From NCBI GenBank assembly GCA_054600435.1, contig BAAIJX010000020.1:248001-312000 (forward strand): 64,000 nt of DNA, given 5' to 3'. The first letter of the stretch is position 1. The number at the start of each line of letters is the position of its first letter. The stretch comes from Neophaeotheca triangularis (Eukaryota). Positions 55,164 through 64,000 of the stretch are shown one piece after another. Below the pieces are notes generated by a model. It saw nothing but the letters and a program-made list of their open reading frames with translations. It did no database searches and was not told the origin of the DNA. A program made the position numbers and the translations under genes.

Positions 55164-57304
55164 ATGGACACTGGATTCACCCAGACAGATAATCATGAGA
55201 ATACATCCATCGCCTTCCTCCGCATACGAGACGACCATCGCCCGACGGAATACGGTCAGTCAGCAGAAACACGTATCAAACGTGGCAACACCCCGTTAAC
55301 CTTTCAACAGGAGACGTGTGCATCTATCCAGCGGCCACCTTTGACATAGGCAGAGAGTTCGTGTATCAAGTCATTGGCACGCATGACATGACCATATCTC
55401 TCCACCATCTCAGATTCCGCTGTGTCCACTACGAGAATGAGTTCGAGGAGCCAAACGAAGACTCCATACCCTCCTTGATCTACGTTCGGGTGCTGTCATC
55501 CAACAATGTGGCACTCGTACCCGCTGGCACTTCCAAATCAGATCGAATGGCGCTCGGCAGAGACGGCGGCGACACCTTGCTCAACCACGGTGACCGCTTG
55601 CAACTCACGCCTCAAGTTACCATCGAGTTTTTCTTTGAACATGAATGGGTGCCATCACTTGTCGAGTTCAACCCCATCATCTTGGCCGAGAGTAGGTTGT
55701 TCTCGAAACGCTTCCAACTCACCACGAGAAAGCTAGGCAGAGGAGGCATGGCCACAGTTTACCTAGGCTTGAAGCTTCCGAGCCGCCGGCAATTAGCTTG
55801 TAAGATTATACGTCGGCCGCTTCCACCGGACGATCGGAATCAGAAGCAGGATGGGTCTGACCTTCGGGAGCGCCATGTGGCGGCCATGGATCGGCTGGCG
55901 CGAGAGTACGAGCTGCTAAAGGACATTACTCACGTATGAATCAAGCATGACAAACCTGGGCTATCCAAGTCCGACACTGATTGCATTCCAGCCCAACATC
56001 ATCAAGCTCGAGAAAGTTTTCTGTACCAGCTATCATGTGTAAGTGAGCGGTTGGCAAAACCTACACGCCGCGGCTAATCCCTTTAGATATATCTTCCAAG
56101 AACTCAGCACAGGTGGCGATCTCATGTCTTACGCGTGCGAGAAGCAGAGCTTGGAAGAAGGGCATGCGGCGCTCATTACACGTCAACTACTCGAAGCTGT
56201 GAAATACCTGCACGAGAATCACATCGCCCACCGTGACATCAAACCGGAGAACATCTTGGTGACCTCTTGGAATGATGGATGTAGAGTAGTACTCACAGAC
56301 TTTGGTCAAGCCGGGAGCACGCGAGCAACACTGAGCAAGTCAAAGGTCCCGTCCACGAGAATGCATTCATATGCGGGTACACCGGGATACATGGCGCCGT
56401 GAGTTTGGAGTTTTGAATAACATCTCAGTCTACACTATACAACTAACGTCCCTTCAGCGAACTGATGCCCACAATCGGAAGCGCTCATAACGAAGAAGGC
56501 TACAGCAGCTCCGTCGATATCTACTCTATTGGCAGCGTCACAGCAATGCTATTGACGGGAAAGCTTCTCTTTCCCGACCAAAACTTCGCAGAACCCGACA
56601 AAGACCGCTTCCAAGACCTTGACTTCATCGACTACGAAGAAACATGGCAAGGTATCAGTCGCAAAGCCAAGTCTTTCATCAAAGCTTGTGTAGCCGAGGC
56701 CGGCGTACGTTTGACGGCGGTGAAAGCTTTACAACATGTCTGGCTTACAAACAAGCACTACGTCAAAGACCTCGAAGCTGCATACCAACACGCCATCGAA
56801 GACTGGAATGCACGGAGGAAGAGCGACAGGCTTGTCGAATTCCTCGACACCACATCTGTAGTACCTCGAAACGTCAAAACCACCTCTAAGAACCGTCAAG
56901 GCAACCATGTCCGCTCAGAGTACTTCGCAGACAATGCCTCTCCGCCTGCTCCCTTCGACCCCGTCCCCCTCCATGGCGCCGCACAAGCCCCACCTTTAGC
57001 GACCATAGGCGAGACGACCGAGCCCTCTTCCGACGTACCCGGCGACAACTCCTTCGATCCTGACGCAACGCAATCGCAACAGCATTCCACCATCCGCGAT
57101 TCTTGGCCCCTGAAGAAAGTTTCCAACCATAGAGGCGCTCAACCAGCTCGCGGTACGAAACGAAGCTTGCCAACAACAGAGCTCGATACTTACAGCGATG
57201 GCGTTCCGGGTTTCAGGCCTCTTGGTAACTATGGTCAAGGTGGCCTCGCGCGTGGAGCTGGTCAGGCCCGCTCGCTCCTCTCGGTCGGACAGTCGATTAG
57301 ATGA
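55164..57304 (+). CDS. mek1: FHA-domain Ser/Thr kinase (CAMK/Rad53 group), probably meiosis-specific Mek1-like; multi-exon
   Basis: FHA-like IGRE...ISLHHLRF...LSSNNV...LLNHGDRL; kinase [54 protein letters not shown]. Orthology is inferred. Confidence 0.7.
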
Positions 57305-58072
57305 TGTTGCTTTTAGTCGGCGAACTTGAATGATTGCTTAGGTAGGTTTGCGGGTGGCTTGATTGTTCTAGTCTGCTTGAGGCATGTGCGAGTCGCTATG
57401 AAACGTTTTACGGTTTTCTCTCGGAGATCTTTGCAAGTTATGCGCAGGCTCTAGTGGTAGGCCGTTACTCTGTATCGCTGTTAAAAGGTTTCCCACTCCT
57501 ACATATCTTCTGCCACCTCCTTCTTCCAACCGACTTCTAGTGGGAAGCCTTGCCAGTCACCTACGCAACTTGAACCGCTTGCAAACGGAGTCAAAGAATT
57601 CTGCAAGAACTTGATAATAGCATTTCTACTCCCTGAATCAACCGAGAAAGACTGATCCATCCCTAAATACCCATGAGCGAATAAACCGACACCCCAAGCG
57701 ACCGCCCAACCGCACCTGCCCTACTGACCCCACCTCCCTGCCCACTCCAATCGAGGCCCCGCTCCGCCCATACAAGGAATACAAAAGAATAAGAAAAGAA
57801 CAATCACATCGTTGTCCACCTCTCCCTAACCTCCGCCCAACTCCGCTTCCTAGCCTCCACTTCCAACTTCTCTCGGACTTCCCTCTCCCTAACGGCCGCG
57901 AGTTTGTCCAAAATCCCCTGTTCAGGAGACTGCGGAACAGGAAGAATAGCGTCGGCATCTTCCACATCGCCTCTCGGCGATCTGCGGGGAGGAACAGGCG
58001 TTTTCGACACGGTCGAAGCGATCCCGGTGGAATCTACTCTCAACCCAGGGTTGGGGGCGGCGTTCTCGCTAT

Positions 58073-61000
58073 TCAGCATCGCAGCAGCGACCGGCGGCCA
58101 CCCGCTACCAACTCTCCAGCCGCTGCTCTCGCCTCCCATGGGTTTTCAGCCGTCGGATTATGACCTCTACTTTTGCTCCTTCGCCTGCGCACCGACTTCA
58201 GCACCACTGGACTAAGCAACTCGGCGTCCAAATCCCCGGCCCTGTTTGATCTTGATCGTGGTCTTTCCGCAGCAGCGGTGACAACGACGCCCGGCGAGTT
58301 CTCCGTCGCCGCAACCAGCGCGCCCGACATGGCGAAGCCGCTTTCTCCGCCGGATGACGCTCCGTGTCGGGGGCGGCGTGGTTTCTGGCCCGGCTTGAGT
58401 TTCCGCCCAAAAGTGCCATACCTTCTGCGCGGAGGCAGGGGCACGACCGTGTCGGCGGGGCTGAGGTGATCCCAGATGGGATGTGGGGTAGTTTCTGGCT
58501 GTTCGGCTTCTTGCCTGTCGTCAGAGTGTTGCGGGAGGTTTTGGCTGGCAGAGGGTGAGGACGTAGGGGAATGTCTCCTCACGGAGAGTCTTTCCTGCAC
58601 CCACACTCTGCCCCTGCTTCTGCTCTGATCGCCAGGCCCGATGGGTCTCAGACAAGGGCGTGGGTTGGCTTCAACTCCGTCGCCCCAGACGCAAGATCTC
58701 GCGTTACGAATCCAATTCCCCCCAGCCCTCTCCCTCCCTCCGTCCACGTCGTCCGCGTCATCCTCCCCCTCATCACCACAAGCCCTCCACCTCCCTCGCC
58801 TCAACCCCAACCCGAAAGGAAACTCAGGCAAAGCAAAACACGCCCTCGCCTGAGAATGATACCCACCCCGCCAGTTCCCCCTCGCCTTCAAGGAACCTCC
58901 ACGAGCAATCTGACCTTGACCGGTCTGTGGAGGCCGCCACGGACGTCCCACCCATTGAAAGTTCTGAAACCCAGCCTGCTCCGACGGTGGCTGTTCAGGC
59001 TGTCGCTCGGGGAAGATCCGGTCCGTGGCCGTGTTGGCGTTGGCGTAGTCGGGGCGCTGAGCGGAGCTTTGACTGCGAGGGTTTTTGGCGGCTCTCCGAG
59101 CCCCTGAGGTCCTGGAAGGCGTTAATGTTCGCGCTCGCCAGCCCCTTGCTGCGGAAGTGGGAGGATAGTTTTCCCCTTGGGGCTGCCCTGTCACAGTACT
59201 GTCGGCTTGGAGCCGTTGTAGGGCTTCTATTCGTGATTCCGCTGGTCGAAGAGCTGGTCGCCAGGGGATTGAGGACGCTGGTGGAGTGAGAACTGGTTGC
59301 AAAGGAGTCGAGGACGCTGTCAAAGTTGCAGTTCCCTGTGAGGGAGTCTCGGACGCTGTTGGTGTCGAGATTGGCTGCAAAGGAGCCGAGGACCCTGCCA
59401 GCTTTGAATCATTCTGCAAGAGCGTCTCGGAAGATGTCAAAAATGAAGTTGGCAGCAACGGAGTCGAAGGCCCTACCACAGTTGTAATCGAATCACGCCG
59501 AATCGGGCACTTGTGCTCCGGGCTCGAGCAAGCAGCGCCCGCAAGATCGATGTCCAAGTGGCTCAAGACGCATCTCACGGCGCTTGGGGCTTCTGTCTCC
59601 AGCGTGTCGTCTACGGGAAAATTGTTGGCTGCCAGTTCTTCTTTCTTGAGCCGGTCGGGCAGAGAGTGTGGGGTATGGATGACTTGGTAGCGGTAGCCAC
59701 GGAGCAGCGGAGGACGTCTCAAGCGGAATTTTTGAGCCAACGCAAGTAGTGCTCTCGGGTTCCTTGTTGGCGTTTGGCAGCTTGAAGGTATCTTCGCTGG
59801 TGAGCTTTGTAGCGTGGAGGTGGCGTCGTTGGTAGCATTTTCGCCGTCGGGGCCGCCTTGAGTGTGGCCTAGGACTGGTTCGGGGTAGTGACCACTACGC
59901 TCCTTCTGGACGTGAAAGGCGGAGTTCTTGTCATCACTCTTTCCGGGAGACCTGCCAGACAGCGAAAATTGGCTCCTTGGAGGTAAACCAAAATCTTGCC
60001 TGGCCTGCCTCTCACGGACCTCACCTTCCAGCCTCCCCCCTTCAAAGATTTCCCCTCCCCCTTGCCTCATCTCCGCCACGCACCGCTCATCAACCCAGAC
60101 AGTCCCTCTATCCCAATGCCCATACTCACGTCTCTCGCGTCCAGCCCCAGTAGTCCCGCCAATCCCAGACCCCAATCCCGATCCCCGAACCTCCACAAAG
60201 CCAAACAGAGACAAAGCAAGCGCCTCCTCCACCCCAACACTACCCGATCCCCGGACAACGTCCACGCGAGAATCTTCGTCTACTTCGGCATCAGAGTCAT
60301 CACTGAACACTTCAACAATCCGGCCACTGTCTCCGTTACCACCACGGACTTCACCTTCATAACCCCTACCACCCTCGAGTCGAAAACTCGCAGCTTCGGC
60401 ATTCAAGCTCACCGACCTTCCACCAACTGCGGCTTGCCCAGGGTGTGAGAACGACGACTCACCGCGCCAAGCAGGCTGCACGGTTCCCGACCCAGCAAGT
60501 CGACCGGACTCGGATTGCCAGTCAACTTCCCCATAGCTCATAGCCCCAGCCCCGTCTCTAAGCCCACTCACTGCAGCCACCGGTGCTCGAGACGAAATCG
60601 CGGCCATGGCTAGAGTAGGGCGAGAAGCCAAATGCACAAAAGCGGTAGTAGAGGTGAGAGCAGCAGCGCGGTGGGCGCCGGGACAAGTGCATTTGTTCGC
60701 TGCATCGAGACCAGTGTACTGGAACCATCGCTGTGCTGAACTCGGATTGCTGGACGAAGCGCCGGCGGTTGCGAAGACCCGGTCGTCCGCTGTCCGCGTT
60801 CCGACCGTGCTTAGATCTGGGTAGCTGTTCATCGGGAAGGGGTTGGAGACAAAGCGGCGGCTGGGTTGGGGGATCTGTGGAGGCATTGGGAGCTGTTGGT
60901 TGGGTGGGAAGTAGCTGTTGGCCGCATAGCTCGCTGCTGACATGCCCCCCAAGTCCCCGTAGCTGCGTCCCGTCAAGCTCACGGCTGGGTTCGAGTGTTG

Positions 61001-61951
61001 TCGGGTCATGAGGACTCGACCGTCTATCGCGGTGCGGTATACCGGGGGCGGTGGCGGTGGTGGCAGTGCTGGGTACTACCCTCCCGCTGTTGGATTGGCC
61101 ATGGGTACGCGGCCGGGATCGTAGTTGTGATGGTTTACAGGGCCGGAAAGTTGGCCCTGACCGTGACCGTAGACTTGATCCTGACGGAAACTCTGACCGT
61201 AGCCCTGCCCCAAGGTGTATCGACTTGGACCGCAATCCTGACCTTGAGCCAGAACATAACCTTGATCGTTCCTCCTCACATTCCCGCTCACGTGCCCCTG
61301 ACCACCATCCTGAACGGATCCAGAACCATTCCCCCTCTGATCCCTCCTCCCATCAGCAATCCTCCGACCGAAATCGGGCACAGGACCAGTCCCATACCCC
61401 GGCGCGAAAACCTCACGGCCACTGAAACAAGCCACGACTCCAGCAAGCTCGGCACCGGGCGCCCATGTCTGCCCGACAGTCCTGTCCAACCAATCGTCGA
61501 TCCCACCGTAACAAGCAGGGCTACAGTGGTCAGCGTCCTCTTCCTCGCGAAGTAAGATTTTCCTCGCCGGTATGAACGTGCTGTGAGCCGTCGCGTCAGC
61601 GAACCCAGCCGTCTTGAGCCCGGCAGCAGAACCAGCGCCAGCAATCGCATCAATACCATCACCGGAACCAAGCGCGAACTTCAGCTTCAGATCAACGGGA
61701 CTGCCAATTGGACTGTCGACCGGACTTCCAATCGCACTGTGTATCACACAGTCCTTTATACCACCCGTACCACCATCAATCATACCCTCGTTCGCGCCAC
61801 ATTTCGCACTATCCTTCGCAGTGCAGTCAATCCAACCGTGACAACCAGGGCCGCAGCGGTGACCCGCCTCACATAGAAAACTTCTACAACTTCCACAATT
61901 GCTGCGACTGCTACAGCTGACACTGCCGCTACTCGTCGGATATGGTGGCAT
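58073..61951 (-). CDS. Long low-complexity hypothetical reading frame interrupted by one in-frame TAG at 61076-61078 (possible pseudogene)
   Basis: ORFs 61076-61951 and 58073-61009 share a frame and the 66 nt between them are open (YPALPPPPPPPVYRTAIDGRVL); an acceptor ctaac...cag lies just upstream of ATG 61951. No family recognised. Confidence 0.5.
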
Positions 61952-63041
61952 GCTGTAAGAGGGGTTGCGTTAGCTCGGTCTGGTCTGCCATTCTCCCTTC
62001 ACGGTAAAAAGCGAGGGGTAGTTCGATGGGGAGTTGTGCTCATTCGTTTTCTTGAAGCGGAGGGGGTTTGCGAGGGATTCGAGCCAGGAGCCGCTGGGAG
62101 ATGGGATAGAGGGAGAGGAAAGGGAAATAGTGGAGGAAGAGGGGAAACAATAGCGGGAGTAAAGGGGGAGGGACGGGGAAAGGTTGGCAGTTGGAGGCTA
62201 GTGGTTGAGGGGTGGAGTGAGAGGGAAACAACGATGGGATAGTAGGCGGATATTCCAAGAGACGAGGAGGGAATAGCGGGAAGGCAGGGAGGGGAAAAGG
62301 GTGAAGAAAGATGTCTGGAGATGAGACCGTGGAGATGATGGAGTAGAGAAGGTTCAGGGCCAGAGGTGGATCAAAAGAATCCACAGCCGGGTGTACGGGA
62401 AACTCGAGTCAACGGTTATAGAAACCCCGAATAGAAAACGAGAGAATCGAGAAGAGAAAAGGGGCATCGTCTTGTGAAGTGAAAAGAAAGCGATGATGGA
62501 AGGAAGCCCGGTCGGTTCGCGTGAAGGTTATTATGATATGATGATATACATGCAGCACTACTTGTTCGTAGCGCTCGGTGCTTGGTGGTGCTAGTAGTGC
62601 TAGTAGTGCAAATTGCAGGTGCCAGTGTCGGTGCCAATGCCAGTGCGAAAGCGCAGACAAATTGTATCGACGCATGAGCGCCCTCCTGGCTCGCGCGATT
62701 GGACATCCATGTGTGCAGTGTGCAGGGCAGTGCGTAGTGTGCAAAGTGCAGAATGCAGCGGATGGGGTGGTGCGGTGTGCTATGATATGCGGAGTGCAAC
62801 ATAGGACAGCGCAGTGCTATCCCCCAACCCGGCGCATCCAGCTCTTTCACTTTCCCCATGTTTGAACGCCAAACGCCCCTATTAATGCTTCCGAAGCCCC
62901 TCTTAATCCATTCGCATTTCATGAATATCGTGAACATTGTCCACCAAACCATATTCACACCGATTACAACCATGAACAAGCCATTGTAGTGCAATGAGAA
63001 AGGCAGGCAGCCGCAAGGCAGTGCAGTGACAGGAGGAAAAC

Positions 63042-64000
63042 TCACTTCCCGTACCTGAACTCGCCAAAACCGCCTCCAGCACCAGCACCAGGTCCGAAAT
63101 GCACGCCTCCCGGTCCAGGAGTCGTGTTGTTGAGGCCGGCGTGAGTGTTGGTGGGAGTGCTAGGGTTGTTGTGAGGAGTGTAAGCTGCGCTCCCGCCCTG
63201 CAAACCACTGGAGGCAGCAGTAACGCCATTGGGGAGAGGTGTGCCTTGAGCGGCGAAGAACTCGTCGCGGTATTGCTGGGAAGCGGGCGCGGGGACTCCG
63301 TGGAGACCATAGATCTGGTCGGCGAGCTCGAGAGGGAGGTTGTTCTTGAACATCTTCGCGCGCATGGCCCAGAATACGGAGCCCGTGAGCCAAGCGTCGG
63401 AGCCACCAGTGTGGGCGGGCCCGACGCGCTGGCAACCAAGCTCGTCGGCTAAGTCTTGCAGGCCGGACTTTTGTCCTAGAGTTTCGAGGACGCGGACGCC
63501 GTCGGGGGAGAGTTGATTTTGTGCGCGGAGACGTTGTGCGTGGCGGAGGAGGAACTTGATGTCCCAGAGTTTGGGGAAGAAGGTGCGAACTTTGTCGAAG
63601 AAGTCGTCCTGATGAGCGGGCAGGGCGTCGGCGGAGAGGAGTTTGATGAGGTAGCCAAAGTCGTAACCGGAGTGGAAGCTCAGCCAGTTGACGTCGTCCA
63701 TGAAAACTAAACCGGAGTCCATGAGGGTAGCACCGAACGCATTCAGATCGATGCCTTGCTCTGTGTGTTTTTGAAAGTTGACACCGGACTTGGTGAGGAG
63801 ATCGATGGAAGGACCAGAGTACATGTCGTTTTCGAGATCGAACTCAAAGTTGAAGACCCAGGTGCAAGGGATGTACATGAGGTTGTTCTGGTAGTGGGTG
63901 GATTTGGCGTAGCTGCGTGGGAGGATGGATGGGTCGGCTTGATGTGGCGGGAGGTCGCCTTCCGTGGACCAAAGGGTGATGCCAAGTTGGATAGGTTTGA
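63042..64000 (-). CDS. CAF1: CCR4-NOT deadenylase subunit CAF1/POP2 (CNOT7); 5' end outside the window
   Basis: KPIQLGITL...CTWVFNFEF...WLSFHSGYDFGYLIK...GLQDLADEL...AHTGGSDAWLT, a DEDD CAF1 family signature. Confidence 0.93.
   Translation of the reverse strand, partial: KPIQLGITLWSTEGDLPPHQADPSILPRSYAKSTHYQNNLMYIPCTWVFNFEFDLENDMYSGPSIDLLTKSGVNFQKHTEQGIDLNAFGATLMDSGLVFMDDVNWLSFHSGYDFGYLIKLLSADALPAHQDDFFDKVRTFFPKLWDIKFLLRHAQRLRAQNQLSPDGVRVLETLGQKSGLQDLADELGCQRVGPAHTGGSDAWLTGSVFWAMRAKMFKNNLPLELADQIYGLHGVPAPASQQYRDEFFAAQGTPLPNGVTAASSGLQGGSAAYTPHNNPSTPTNTHAGLNNTTPGPGGVHFGPGAGAGGGFGEFRYGK

Overview
Gene-dense fungal nuclear DNA (ascomycete; short GT..CTRAY..AG introns and gene content suggest Dothideomycetes, which is an inference). 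Housekeeping genes: a GH43 hydrolase (partial), RPA49, a promethin-like protein, RPL39, NTA1, COQ8, alpha-actinin, a WDR70-like protein, PIG-P/GPI19, a GPI-anchored SGNH esterase, an MDR1-type ABC transporter, a peroxisomal acyl-CoA ligase, striatin, Cut12, GCN2, RPL41, a Mek1-like FHA kinase and CAF1/POP2 (partial), plus several F-box-like and hypothetical genes. An accessory island at about 25.8-33.9 kb holds four things. (1) A complete, RIP-inactivated 3,669-bp hAT transposon (11-bp TIRs, 8-bp TSD) inserted about 830 bp upstream of the MDR1 start codon; manual de-RIPing shows a BED/DDE/dimerisation transposase and a second, intron-containing gene with a DUF3716-like Cys motif. (2) Decayed MYND-finger and OTT_1508-like deaminase pseudogenes. 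(3) A tandem tRNA-Gly/tRNA-Ala pair that looks like one dicistronic Pol III unit. (4) An 11-bp minisatellite with a related copy at 41 kb. All calls come from reading the sequence by eye; no database searches were run.
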